Below, in pieces: positions 51,101 through 64,000 of a stretch of 64,000 nt of DNA. This DNA comes from Azolla caroliniana (lineage: Eukaryota; Plantae; Polypodiophyta). Every line of letters begins with the position of its first letter. The first letter of the stretch is position 1. The DNA is taken from NCBI GenBank assembly GCA_043228905.1, contig JBHGNT010000013.1, forward strand, positions 8,928,001 to 8,992,000, given 5' to 3'. The notes below the pieces were generated by a model. The model was given only the letters and a program-made list of their open reading frames with translations, ran no database searches and was not told where the DNA came from. Made by a program: the position numbers and the translations under genes.

Positions 51101-52283
51101 GTAATTCTCTGATAGCTTCCCTATCCGGTTCCTCGCTGGCATCATCCAATTGTGTTATATATGGTGACACTGCTTCTGCCACATCGATTTCAAATAGGGG
51201 TACAATTTTTGGGTTTTCTTCTAAGTATTGGTCAACCTCTTCGTCAGCAAGCCCCTCGAGCATGTTTACACCTTTCGCATATAGCGGTGTCAGCTCCTTG
51301 CCGGTACTTGATCGAGGGTGGGTAGGTACCCTTACTTTAGCCTTTCCTCGTCGGAAGGTAATCATGTTTTTCTACCGGTTTTGTTTCATATGCCCCTTGC
51401 GCATTGAGGTGGAGAACCACCGACGAAATGCGGAATGCGTGTCCTCCGATAGTTATGTCTAAATCCCGTATCAAATCGGCAGGTCTTATCGAACTTGTAT
51501 CCGCCATCCGGAGCCAAAACGGGCAAGGCTCCCATTCTTGGATTCCCAGGGTATTACAGGTCCGTAGACTAATCATGTTCACGCCCAATCCTCCGTCCAT
51601 AATTGTCCTTGGTAGTTCTCGTCCTTCGACGATGGCGGTGATTGTCGGACTGTTCGTGTCAACCACTGCTGGCCCTTCTTCCGGATTTGAGGAGAACGTA
51701 GGAGCCGGCAATGGATTTGATGTGGTCATTCCTGATTTCAGCCCTTCCATAAACCGGGGCACTAGCTGTAATAACCGACCCAATGGTAGTGTAATTTGAC
51801 ATTCTTGTAACGCTTGCCATGTTGGGTTTTCCGGCTGAATCGTGTTAGTGGCCTCTTCCGGTTTTTCCTTTTGTTGTTCAAGCTCAGCCACATTCTGCTC
51901 ATTTGCCTTCTTCACCCACTGTGGCTTGCTTTCAGATTGCTTCTTGTGTTTCCCACTCCGTTGTTTTGCCTTTTGACCTGGTGGTGACTTGTTGTTGTAT
52001 ATCGGCGACTTCTGCTACCACCATATTTACTGTTGGTCGTTACTCGTAACTTTTAATTGATCATTGATTACTGTAATGTCCTTCTTGCCAACAATAGTAG
52101 CAGTACACTTTCCGGGTGTCGCTGGATTCGGCGTTCGCTCCGGTACCCGGTTGAGGTCCTATTGGTGGTCGGTTAGGTGCTTGGCCTTGGTCCGGTTGGG
52201 TACCTGGTGTGCCCTTGTCTTGCTGCCATTGGTGGTCCTCCTTTCTAGCATTCCATATTTTGTTGAAGCGTGTTTTGTTCCGG

Positions 52284-55200
52284 TGTCGTAGTGTGAATCA
52301 CACACTACGTGAAATATGTAAAATACTATATCCGATTTAAAGTATGTATAATAAATAAAATAAAATTTAAAAATATTTATTACGTGCATAGAGCAAGATT
52401 CGAACCCTGTACTTCCACGTAGTCAAACCCCAACCTTACCATTGTACTAACTTAACCTAAATGTTTTAAATATAGATTTAATATGTATAAGACCTTTATT
52501 TACGCCTACCTTTATTAAAAGGTAAGTCATGCATTTTTTAGAATGCGTGAATACTTTATTTATAAGAAAAATGTACCCCAATAAAAAATGACTTGTGCAC
52601 ATCTAGCAAGCATGAGCACTATATTTAGGAAATAAAAGCATAGTGTAAAAAGGCAACTCATGCACATTTAGTGTGCATGAACACTTTAGAAAAAGCATGA
52701 AGTTATGCTTAGCCTCTTCCATCCTTATATAAGGAGGAGAGAAAGATGTATGGGGGGTTGTTGCTTATTTTACAAGGGTGGATTAATATATTATAATCGT
52801 GGAAATCACGAATTTGCTAACTAGTTTTTCTCTCTTAATCTGAGTACTCACTAATACACTATACTCGTGGGATTCACGAGTTTTTCATATCTTTCTTTCT
52901 TACAATATATTTCATATTCTTAATTGCCTTAGAATTTTCTTTTCTCCTAGTCCAAAACCTCAGTGGTTCCCACCTGAATCACGCAACGATCCGGAGCCGA
53001 AAGGCACGACACAAGTGGTGAACCCGACGTGAATACGGGTGGCAAGGAGATGGAAAATCAACCGGAGGCTAACAACATGATGATGATGTTCGAGCGGATG
53101 CTTCAAGTACAACGTGCGATGTCGGAGATAGCGGTGGTAGTAGAGCGGCTCGTGCAACGGATCGGGCAATTTAACGGAAAGCATGTATCACGCTATCTTC
53201 AGGACTACAAGACGGAAATGATACGGTGCGGGATTTCGGAAGGACTGCAAGTGACATCCTTCAACTGGGTGGCTGCCGACGGGCTTCAAGCAAGTATCCA
53301 TGGGATATGACAACAAAATCCAACGTGGGAAGCGTTTGAAGAGGCACTGAAGACCACGTTCGCTATCGAGGACTCCTCCAAGGCAATGCGGAGAGGATTC
53401 GAGGATTGGGTGGAAACTCCGGACAAGGGGATGAAGGTCCTCAATGTGTTTTCAGCATTCGAAAGTCGGTTCGGGAGGTTGTCTGGGAGAGATCAAGCTA
53501 TCCTCGCACCGAACAAAGTTATCATGTTCTTACGAGCCGTAGACGTCCGGGACCAGAAGGATCTTGGAGTGCTTCTAGAGGACACGACTACCGAGTGTGG
53601 CCTCACCGAAGCATGGGAAAGCGAGCGGGATATCGTCGCGCGATACACAAAGAGGGGGCAATGGCTTGCCAACGAAGAAAAGAGGGCTTTGGAACCGATT
53701 CCAAAATCGAGACCCGGATCGGAAGACCATCAACCGCGAGTCGGGAGACTACGATCGAGAAGGGAATCAACGCAACCACGGTGGAGCAATTGCTGAAGGA
53801 GATGGAGAGTCTGAAAATCGCGATGGTGAAGAAGACGGAACACTGTCCTGCATGTTCCAAGTACATGGACCGTCGATGCATATGGTGCGATAGCACCGAA
53901 CATGATCGGAGAGATTGCGACGAGCACAAGGAGGCGCTACGACGGGATCTTATCTACTACGAGAGAAATCAGATTCCTTCGATGGATTATCGGAAGCCAC
54001 TCCACTCCGACCGAACTTCCAAAAAGGCGGCATGAAAAAGGTCCTAGAGGAGGAGATCGCGGCGAAAGACAATTATGCGACAACCGCAAGAATACATGTG
54101 GGGGAGTCACCTGTAGCAAAGGCGTTGGAAATTTGGAAGAATACATGTGGGGAATACATGTGTTAGAAATTTGGAAGAAAGCCGACCATGATGAAATCCG
54201 AAGCGTTGCGGAATGTATCTGGGAAGCTACGGGATCAGAGTGCCCCGTAAATAAGAATAGCGTACATGCGCTATGTCAATTGCATGAAGTGTATGTGGAT
54301 GAAAACCGATGGCACACGGATGATGCGGGCGGACCATCAAAGACACCAGAAAGCTAGAAGTCTGAAGGGAAGGGAAAAGAAAAGACGATTTGAGGCATTC
54401 AAGCTTGCGTCGGACATCGAACAACAAACGGACTTGAAAAAGGTGTTCGAAGAGAGAATCCTCGATAGCCGGGTAGAATTTTCGCTTCGGAAATTACTCG
54501 GAATAGCGAAGAAGGAGTTCCATGATCTTCTTATGGATCTCGGGAAGAAAAAAAGACAAAGTACGGAGGAAAATGCGCCATGGTGAATGCAAATACCATT
54601 CTGATGAACGACACCGAAGTGGAGGATGAGATTTCAAATTCCCACTATACAAAGCCACATTGGGCGCGTGCAACTACCGAGACTCCGGTCCGAATCGGCA
54701 ACATCAAAGAGCCCGTGCTAGCATTTATTGATCATAGATAGGAGATCAATTTCATGTCTAAGGAGTTCTACCAGAAGGGGAACTGGCCTATTAACATCAA
54801 TCATGGATGGAAGATCCGGGCGGCCACTAAAGCAACGAAAGATCTATTTGCGGCTTGTCCGGATGTGACGGTGAAGATCGGGGATGTCGAGATTGACCAA
54901 AATTTCTTTGTACAAGACGAGGTGTCACACTCCGTGATCCTCGGGCAACCTTTTATCACGACTTCACGGATGGAGACAAAGGTGCTCGATAGCGGTGCGG
55001 CTTTCACACGAATTCAGAGCCAAAGCGGAGGAAAATCCGTCCAATTCCTAACTGTGCAGACAAATCATGAAAGGAACAAGAGAGAGCTCTTGTCCCAAAC
55101 AAGGATGGATTTTTAGAGCGAACTGTTGCGGAGTGGGGAAGTGATAGTCCGAGAAGCCCTGATACCCCACACAGGAAGAAAACTCTCAGAGAAAAACAAG

Positions 55201-58200
55201 TATGAATCGGTCCGGATGGGGCATCTACGTACACGGCCGTAACCGGAGGAATGAAGAAAGAATACCGAAAAGTGGAGGATAAGTTACAGTCGGCATCAAT
55301 AATAAAAGAAGATGAAGAAATCATGGGAATAGTCGAAGAAGTGTTCTATTGCAGCACGCTACAACGGCTTGAAGAGCTCGCGGAAGATACAAGCTAGGGA
55401 GACCGGGTAGTCCGGTGGAATCAGTCGAGATGTACGAGATCATTGTGAAAATGGGGCCAGATACACTCCGCAAAGAAGACGCAATGGTAAGTACGAAATA
55501 CAAGACCGTGGAGAAGAAAGTGAAACTAGCCGCGCGACCGTTACCCGCCGATAGTGAACAAAAGAGGAAAGAAGTCTCGGGGGATCCGACACTTCGGAAG
55601 TCCATGGATGAGACCCAGAAGAAACTTCGGATCGGTGGAGGTGGGTTCCTATTAAAGAATGAGGAAGAACGATTCCGTGGGATGCTAGAGTGACATGGGA
55701 GAGCATTTGCATTTACATCGAAAGAAATAGGATGCGCTGACCCGAAGATAGTGGAGCCGATGGTGATCTTCACGATTGACCATGTGTTGTGGAACCTGAA
55801 GCCGATTCCGGTGCCACGGGCGCATTTTCTGAAAATCATTGACTTGCTCAAGGAGAAGGTGGTGATGGGGATTCTAGAGCCATCAAACGCTCCGTACTCA
55901 AATCGATGGTTTACGGTTCCGACGAAGAATGGGTCACTCCGATTTATCCAAGACTTGCAACCAGTGAACAAGGTCACGATCCGGAACTCCGGAGTCAGTC
56001 CGATAGTGGACGAATTTGTGGAAGCATTTGCGGGTCGTGCGATAAATACTCCATCGGAGACCTATACTCGGGGTATGACCAATTCAAACTAGTCGTGGAG
56101 AGCCGAGACATCACTACCATGCGGACACCAATAGGATTAGTCTGGATGTGTACGCTACCACAAGGCGCAACGAACTTGGTCGCACATATGATGAAAGCAA
56201 TGAACAAGGTGCTTCGAGACTGCATTTCGGAGATAACGATGCCGTTCCTAGATGACATTCCGATGAAAGGATGCGCGGTAGAAGAAAAAGATGAAACTAT
56301 GGATGATCGGGGATGCCGATAGTTCGTAGTCGACCATATTCGTGATTGCGAGAAAGTGCTTCGGAAGTTAGAAGATATGCACTTAACACTTTCCGGTGAG
56401 AAATCGGCATTTGGGCAAGAAGAAATATTGGTAGTCGGACATCTATGTGGGCCCTACGGCCGAAGACCGTCACCAACCAAGATCAATGCAATACAAGCTA
56501 TGAAAGAAATATGCGAGTCACAATCTGAAGTCTGGAGGTTTCTCGGAGAATGTGCATTCTACCACATATGGATTCTGCACTATGCATATATTGCGGACCC
56601 TCTCTATCACTTATTGTAGAAGGGTAAGAAGTTCGAATGGAAACCAGAGCATACCAAAGCCTTGAAGAAGCTCAAGAAATCACTACGGAGGGCAAAAGCA
56701 CTAAAGAAGCTGAACTACGACTGACTGATCATAGTAACGGTTGACACAAGTTCAACCGGAATCGGATGGGTCATCAATCAAGCCGATCCGGATGGTTCAC
56801 AATATCCGATCCGATTCGGAGCAAAGGTTCTCAACGAAAGGCAACACGGATATGCACAAGTCAAAAGAGAATTATGGGGAGTCGTGTCGGCAATAAAATC
56901 CGATCGAGATTATCTGATCAGAGCTGAAGTAGTGATCGAAACGGATTGTCTTCCGATACTCGGGATGATGCGATGTTGCAGACGATACCGGATGTGGCTA
57001 TGCTAAGGTGGATTGCATATGTTAAGTCACTTAATCCGGAGGTATTACACATCTCTAGAAAAGACAACGCGGTAGCAGATATGCTATGAAGGACGCAATT
57101 CGGAGATGACATAACCAAATCCGATAATGAAGAAGTTTCCGAAGACTACTTTGCTTCGGAGCACATATGCCGAGTGAACGTAATCCGAGAATTCCGGGAA
57201 GAAGAATATGAGGGAGAAAGCTTGGTGATCGGGAAAGTGCTACAAGAAATCGAGGAATCATCGGACAATAAAGAGAAGAGAGCCGAGATCTGAAGTAAGA
57301 AGCGGAAAGTCCAAAAGTTCTTCTTGAAAAATGGATTAATATGGAGGGAGCCGAGAAGTGTTAAATCTACTCCGGAGTTCGACACCGAGATGAGTTACAT
57401 CCGAGATTCTCACCAACAATAAACTCCAAATGGATGGTCGATATTGTAGCCATGCCAACCGGGATCGTAAAAAAAAAGTACTTGGTGTTAGCTCAGGAAG
57501 ATCTCACAAACCAAGTAGAAGGTCAGGCGCTACGAAGGAAAACGTGTTGTGCAATATGCCAATTTTTTTTGGAGGAGGTGTTTTGCAGGTATGGGTGTGT
57601 AGGACAAGTGATTGCGGATCAGGGAGAACTCGACTTTGATAAAGCTAAGGAATTCTTCACCAAACATGGAGTTCGGTTAACACTAACAACAACATACAAT
57701 CCGGAATCCAACGGGAAGATTGAACGAGGACATAGTCCGATCATCAAAGCACTTGTGAAGGCATGCGATGGAAGGGTGAAGGATTGGCCGTAGATGCTTC
57801 CGTATGCACTATGGGCGGATCGGACCACGCATAGCTCCGTAACCGGTTACATGCCGACAGAACTCATGACCGGACAAGCACCTATAATGCCAACGGAAAC
57901 CGCAATCGCGACATGGACAGTGCTACTGTGGAAGGAAGAGATGAGCCGGGAAGAACTACTAGAGGTCTGGATACGACAACTAGAGGGAAGACCGGAAGAC
58001 ATAGCGGAAGCAATACGCCGACAACAAGAAGCGCGATTCCGGAATAAAAGCCGGTTCGACACAAAGCACCGACTACGACCGCGGAAGATTGAAGAAGGAG
58101 ATTGGGTGATTGTCTACGACAATAGTTTGGATCATCAACATACAACGATGCAGAAGTTCACGAAAAGGTGGTTTAGGCCATACGAGGTTCGGAATGTTTT

Positions 58201-59204
58201 CGACAACGGAACTTACCAACTATGCGAGTTGGATGGAACGATGCTACGAGTGCCTATAGCCGGGAAACGGGTGAATATTTTCAAGAAGTGGACTGATGAA
58301 GAACCCTATGTGATCCTAGACAAGACCGACAAGAAGGAGCAATCGGACGAAAATCGCGGTGATGCGGAAAGCGAAGAAAGTGGATTACAACTCATACTCG
58401 ACTTAAGGGGAGAATCGGAGGAAGCTTCGGATGAAGGTGAATAGCAAGCATCGGGGACTTCGGCACATACCGGAGGATGTGCGGGTTCGGAGGGGGCGAG
58501 TGTCATCGTACTATATCGAATTTAAAGTACGTATAATAAATAAAACAAAATGTTAAAAATATGTATTACATGCATAGAGTAGGATTCAAACCCTGTACCT
58601 CCATGTAGACAAACCCCAACCTTACCATTGTACTAACTTATCCTAAGTGTTTTAAATATAGATTTAATATGTATAAGAACTTTATTTACGCCTTACGCCT
58701 ACCTTTATTAAAAGGTAAGTCATGCATTTTTTAGAATGCGTGAATACTTTATTTATAAGAAAAATGTACACCAATAAAAAATGACTCGTACACATCTAGC
58801 GAGCATGAGCACTATATTTAGGAAATAAAAGCATAGTGTAAGAAGGCAACTCATGCACATTTAGTGTGCATGAACACTTTAGAAAAAGCATGAAGCTATG
58901 CTTAGCCTCTTCCATCCTTATATAAGGAGGAGAGAAAGATGTATGGGGGGTTGTTGCTTATTTTCCAAGGGTGGATTAACATTATATAATCATGGGATTC
59001 ACGAATTTGCTAACTATTTTTTCTCTCTTAATCTAAGTACTCACTAATACACTATACTCATGGGATTCACGAGTTTTTCATATCTTTCTTTCTTACAATA
59101 TATTTCATATTCTTAATTGCCTTAGAATTTTCTTTTCTCCTAGTCCAAAACCTCAGTGGTTCCCACCCGATTCACGCAACGATCCGGAGCCGAAAGGCAC
59201 GACA
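52284..59204 (+). mobile_element. Near full-length but degenerate family A gypsy element
   Basis: LTRs 52284-53011 and 58501-59204, TSD CCGG, PBS 53016-53034, PPT 58490-58500, fragmented gag-PR-RT-RH-INT 53050-58444. Confidence 0.93.
53016..53034 (+). promoter_or_regulatory. PBS, tRNA-Trp
   Basis: TGGTGAACCCGACGTGAAT 4 nt after the LTR. Confidence 0.9.
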
Positions 59205-59741
59205 CCGGTAACCCTGGCAGGGCTGGTTTTCATAATTGCCTTGATCCTCCCTCCGTTGGTTGTAACCGGGGGAGTGATCCCTGTTGTATCTCTCATATCG
59301 ATCACGGTTGTAATCCCGGTAGCTATCCTACCGGTCTTAGTCGTGAGCGTCTTTTCTGTTGATGTACCGGACATCTTGCGTCGGCTGGTAACGCTCATCT
59401 CCCCGCCAACGTTATTCTTCCTCCCGGTTACTCCGGGGTTCGATTTGCCTTACCTGTGCCGCTTGCCGGTTTAGCAAGTTATATTCGCATCGTTCCATTA
59501 TGTGCGCCCTAGAATGACATAACATGCATTGCGTCCGCATGGTACATTCTATTGCCGAGTGCCCGACATTGAGACAAGTCGTACATTGTATAGGTTGCTG
59601 AAAACGTAGGTCGTCTTTTGTCGGTAATGTACGATGGAGTGCCCCCATTGTTAGCCATGAGCTTGTTTTCTCCATTTCCCTGACCCGGTCTATGACTTGG
59701 TTGATGGTGCCGGTGAGGAAATCAATCACTGCGCACACCGT

Positions 59742-62700
59742 TGTCGTGAAGATTTCCTGCTATAGTGTGAAACCAGGGTGGAATAGGGCAAGTCGGTGGT
59801 GTGCAACATGTGCACATGTATAGTAGGGAACGGTGCATAGAATAAAGGGGGAGTAATTGTCACACATTGTAACGCCCTCCCCTCCTTGGTCTATAAAAGG
59901 AGGGAGGGGTCCCTTGTTGAGGGGTTTCCCATTTGGAGTTAGGAGGGTATACCGTTAGAGTTAGGGTTAGGTAGTTTCTCTTATTCTTGCTTCGTTCTAG
60001 GGTTTCATCTTGGTAGTTTTCTTTTTTCTTCTTCTTCTTCTTCGTCGTCGTGTAGGTTGAGAGTTCGTGTCTATTTAGGGTTTGCTTCTGCTCGGTCCCC
60101 CGTGCAAGGCCTCGCTCGGCGCAATGAGCCCGAGAGCTCCCCGATCGGCGGCTTGACCGCAGACTATTGTTGTAACCTAACCTACCTTGGTTCGGCTCGA
60201 AGTCGGGGTTGTATCTTTTCCCTTGTAATATATTTACTTGTATCTGTTTGTGCATATTGGTGTATTGACGATGTCGGGAGCATAGCCCCTTGTTTCGTGT
60301 CCATAAGAGTCGGTGTCGTGCACATGTTTTCTCTCTCTCTCTCTCTCCTCTGTTCGGTTGCCTCCGGACGTGTCCGGAGTCGGTTTCTTGGCATCCCTTC
60401 CTCCCTCGTTTGATACCCCCGTGGTTCCGCCCCTTCTACACGCACACGCGTAACACCGCGACATCATTGGTGAACCCGACGTGAAGGGTGGCAAGGGAGA
60501 ATGGAGTTGGAAGAAGACGACTTCACACAATGTTTTGTCGAAGCGATGAGGGAGTTTGGACGAGCAACAACAAGAAGAGAGACAACACAACAAGCTGTTG
60601 GGCGAGTGGTCAAAAGAGTCGGCCGTTTCAATAGGGACAACGTCCCATTCTACTTGGAGGCCTACAATGCTGAAATGGAGGAGCAAGACGTAGACGAGGT
60701 GTTGAGGCTGGGGTTCTTCGGTTAGGTCATCGTCGTCCGCATACACATGGAAGTGAAGGAGGTCTGAGAAGCTCATAGTTGGTAGGAGGCCTTCGAAGAG
60801 GCGCTCCTGCAGGCATATGGACAATGACAGAAGAGCCGGGCACGACGCGGCTTCGACTAGTGGGTGGCATCGGCAAAGACCCACCCGGGTGCAACGAAGG
60901 TGTTCTGAGAGTTCAAGTGATAGTTTGCTCGTCTCCCGGAGCGGGAGCAAAATCTGGTGGGGTCGATCGACCGAGCAGAACGGGAGGCCATCGGGATTGA
61001 GCTCGAAGACGATGACGAAGCGAATGGCCTTACGGAGGACTGGTCGAAGGTCGAAAGGGTATGCCAACAACTAGATGACGAGCGAGCCGAGAAGGCTAGG
61101 TGGAAGGAGCACGACGGCGCGCCATCACAACGGGAAGAGGTCAAACGGCAAAGAGAACCGGCAAGGCTTGGTTTCGGGGCCAAGATTGCGGAGGCATACA
61201 CAGCTCTCGAGGCAATGCTTGAGGAAGAGGAAAGATCGAGGCCACAAGCCGACGCCGAGGAGACGGACTTGCCCCATAAGGTGGCAGAAGATCGGTACCA
61301 CGGTACCACGGGAGAGGGTGCAGAACAAAACGCCCTCTCGACTTGTGGAGATTGAACGGCCAAGGACAAGGCTGAGATACCAATCGTAGAATCGGAACGT
61401 TGGGACCGGCGGTTTCGGGCACATCAACCTGAAACTCTGAACATTGGAGAAGCAAGCCCAGGTAGGGCTTCGCGATAGGGAAGAAAACAGCTACCGACCA
61501 CAAGGAGCCAGTGGGTACGGACAAGGGTGTAAAAAGGACGGGAGATTCTATGCGTCTTCCCATGCTTGCTCCTGAGACGATGGCAGTCGAGCCCGAGTGC
61601 CCACGTGAGTCCCGAGAGGAGGAAGGTGGCAGCGTGAGACCAAGAATCACCGGTGAGACCATATGAGGAAGGAACGGACAAGAGCCCTTAGAACCGATTC
61701 TGGAGAACTCGGCATTCCAGCCCTTATGCTCATGTGAGACCGAGGAGATGGATGACGGTATCGAGGAGTCCTGGCATGATGCCAGCAAAGATGGATGGGA
61801 AATGGCCCGCGAGAAGGTCGAAGAAGGGACCAAGAAGCGACCCAACCGGGGACCGAACCGCACGACATTCCGATTCGGGTGGAGTGCGATCCGGTTGTGG
61901 ATTGTTCGACCGGGGCCAGAATCGGTATGAAGATGCCGATTCGGGAGAGGGTGTGGAACGAGCTGCCCTCTTTTACATGGGGAGAAAGACCAACCGAGTG
62001 AAGATCGGGAATCAAAAGGAAGGTGATCAAGGGTTCAGAACGAGTCTGGGAGGATCGGCATCAGAGCCGAAACTCCAGACATTGGAGAATCAAGTCAGGC
62101 GGGGCTTGGTTGATCATAGAGCAGACACTATCCACCGACACCACTAAAAGGGTCGGTGGCTTGGGACGAGTCGATGAAAGACGTTACGAAATCGGTTAGC
62201 CCACATCTTGTCCGGAGACTTCTGCAGTTCGGCCGACGTGGCAACGTGAGACCGAAAGAGATGGAACATGGAGGCGGGAATGCAACACGGAGAGCGACGA
62301 CGAGTCCGAGGAAAGCACAAGGGTCAAAGCAGAGAGCAAAGACCGGTCCTATGGGTCACCTCACACCGGATCTAGATGCACCGGCAGCCGGCAACGAGAG
62401 TCGACGTGAGACCTAGAGTAATGAACGGTGGCGGTAGGAGAACGGGACCCGCCGAACCAGAGAATGACGGGCAAACCCGGACTAGAATTGGGCGGAGCGG
62501 ACTTCTAGATAACCGATCCAGAAGGGAGGAAGAGGGAGGAAGAGGGAGGCCTACGGAGAGGCCGGAACATGATACGATGGTACGATGAGAGAGGGTGTGC
62601 ATCGAGCCAACCTATCAACTTGCAGACAAAGACGACCTGGGATAAGGGTCAGAGAAACGACGAGCCCGAGGAGGATCCTTCACACCGGTTCTAGAGACTC

Positions 62701-62843
62701 CGGCAGTCGGCCCGTGAGTTGGCATGAGACCTAGAGTGATGAATGGTGGCGGTGAGGGGACGAAGGGGAAGGACTGCGGATGGGCGGTCTACACAGATCC
62801 TCACACAGATCCGCGCAATCGGCCCGAATGCCGACGTGAGTCT
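59742..62843 (+). mobile_element. Family A-related, probably non-autonomous element: LTR 59742-60463, Trp PBS 60468-60484, decayed gag then non-pol sequence
   Basis: TGTCGTGA...CGCGACA; gag-like VGRFNRDNVPFYLEAY at 60501..60725; no protease or RT motifs downstream. Confidence 0.7.
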
Positions 62844-64000
62844 TGTTGAGAGACAAGCTCAACATCGGCCGGATCGGCTGAAGAAGCCGAGGACCAGATC
62901 GGTTGGGACCGATCGGTTAGGCCGAGTGCGTAAACCGGGAGGTCGTTAGGAAAGATATTCCGTGAGGAATATATTTGGGAGTTAGTGTAGGAGCTCTTCA
63001 TGAGCATTGAAGTACTGTCAGTACTTCGGTCAGTCCTTCTAGGACTTGTATAAAAGTGTTCACTGAGCACGTCTTATGTACAGATTGAGTATTCTTGTTG
63101 AATATAGTTTTTTGTGTCTTCTCTCTCACTCTCTCTGTCTCTCCGCGTATACCGTTTAAGCTTAAGCTCTCCATTGAACCTGAGTTTCCTTCCTTCTGTT
63201 CGGTCTTCATACTTGCTTCCGCACGTTACTTTTTACATGGTATCGGAGTGCGAGGGTTGAGAACCTCTCTGTAGCCGACACAGCTTGACGAAGAAGAATG
63301 AGAAGAACGATGGATAGAGGCATGGCGAGCTTGCTTCCAACAGAGAAGCTCGACAGAACCAACTACGCGTCTTGGTCCTACAAGATGCACCAGTACCTGC
63401 TCGGGCACGGCTACTGGAGTTATGTCGAAGGAGCTAATGACGCGGCACCCGAATCGACACACAGAGACTTCCCGTCGTGGGAGCAATCGGCGAGCAGGGT
63501 ATTGTACTGCTTCGCGTCGTGTGTTGGCGAACAACTATTGAGCTATGTTCGGGATGCAAAGACGCCGAAGGGTGCGTGGGAAAATCTGAAGAAGATTTTC
63601 GCCGCGAGCACCACAGCCAGGAAGCTTCAGCTCCGACAAGAGTTGAGAAACCTACGACAACGCGATTCGTTGGTGGCGAACTATACCTCGAAGATCAAGG
63701 ATATCTGCGACTCCCTCGCCTCCATAGAGGTGAACATCGAGGAGAGCGAGATGGTCCAGATCTGTCTCGGAGGTTTGGCGTTGAAGTTTGGAGCGTTCCG
63801 AACGACTGTGTGTACCCGGGAGAATACGTCGTCCTTTTTCGACTTACAGTCAATGCTCCTGGTAGAGGAGAACCACGCGGTTGCGTCTACAAGCACGCAC
63901 GCCGACAACAAAATGTTGTACACGGAGGGAGATAGGCCCCGTGGACGTGAAGGACGAGGCGAGTCGGCGCGCAATGGAGGCGGCCGACGAGATCAACGAA
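62844..64000 (+). mobile_element. Bryco/RLC5-like copia 5' end: LTR 62844-63237, PBS 63238-63249, gag
   Basis: TGTTGAG...TTTACA then TGGTATCGGAG (iMet-type PBS). Confidence 0.9.
63310..64000 (+). CDS. gag: Copia gag, open to the window end (absent from the ORF track)
   Basis: Manual translation MDRGMASLLPTEKLDRTNYASWSYKMHQYLLGHGYWSYVEG...AWENLKKIF...LQSMLLVEE with no stop. Confidence 0.85.
   Translation, partial: MDRGMASLLPTEKLDRTNYASWSYKMHQYLLGHGYWSYVEGANDAAPESTHRDFPSWEQSASRVLYCFASCVGEQLLSYVRDAKTPKGAWENLKKIFAASTTARKLQLRQELRNLRQRDSLVANYTSKIKDICDSLASIEVNIEESEMVQICLGGLALKFGAFRTTVCTRENTSSFFDLQSMLLVEENHAVASTSTHADNKMLYTEGDRPRGREGRGESARNGGGRRDQR

Larger units (their letters stand above)
48120..59741 (-). 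mobile_element. Degenerate family C gag-pol (minus), split by the family A element at 52284-59204
   Basis: Gag 59412..59738; protease 51337..51915; RT 50325..50654 (DGFNGYNQI, FLDD); integrase 48342-49081. Confidence 0.85.

Overview
This is eukaryotic heterochromatin, inferred to be plant and most likely a moss such as Physcomitrium from element types and PBS usage. It consists almost entirely of nested, mostly decayed transposable elements, with no host gene recognised. Contents: (i) Ty3/gypsy family 'A' (RT motif YSNRWF...LPQGATNS, tRNA-Trp PBS, TGTCGT...ACGACA LTRs, 4-bp TSD) at about seven sites. (ii) Ty3/gypsy family 'C' (RT motif DGF(S/N)GYNQI, Arg-type PBS, large extra 3' ORF) and a related non-autonomous family 'D'. 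(iii) One intact, young Tnt1/Tork-like Ty1/copia element (13606-19019), a related solo LTR and a degenerate copia. (iv) Several copies of a second copia family, probably Bryco/RLC5-like. (v) A 5'-truncated LINE, two hAT-like MITE pieces and an intron-containing Sola2-like transposase remnant. The most unusual signals are four. Family C has no polypurine tract and instead carries a sense-strand tRNA-Arg-like 3' half ending in CCA, 2 nt before the 3' LTR. Family A LTRs carry an antisense tRNA-like A/B-box module. Family A insertion sites are almost all CpG-centred tetramers (ACGG/CCGG/CCGT). Family C encodes an extra coiled-coil protein of about 1,100 codons. All calls were made by eye without database searches. 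Family labels A/C/D are mine.
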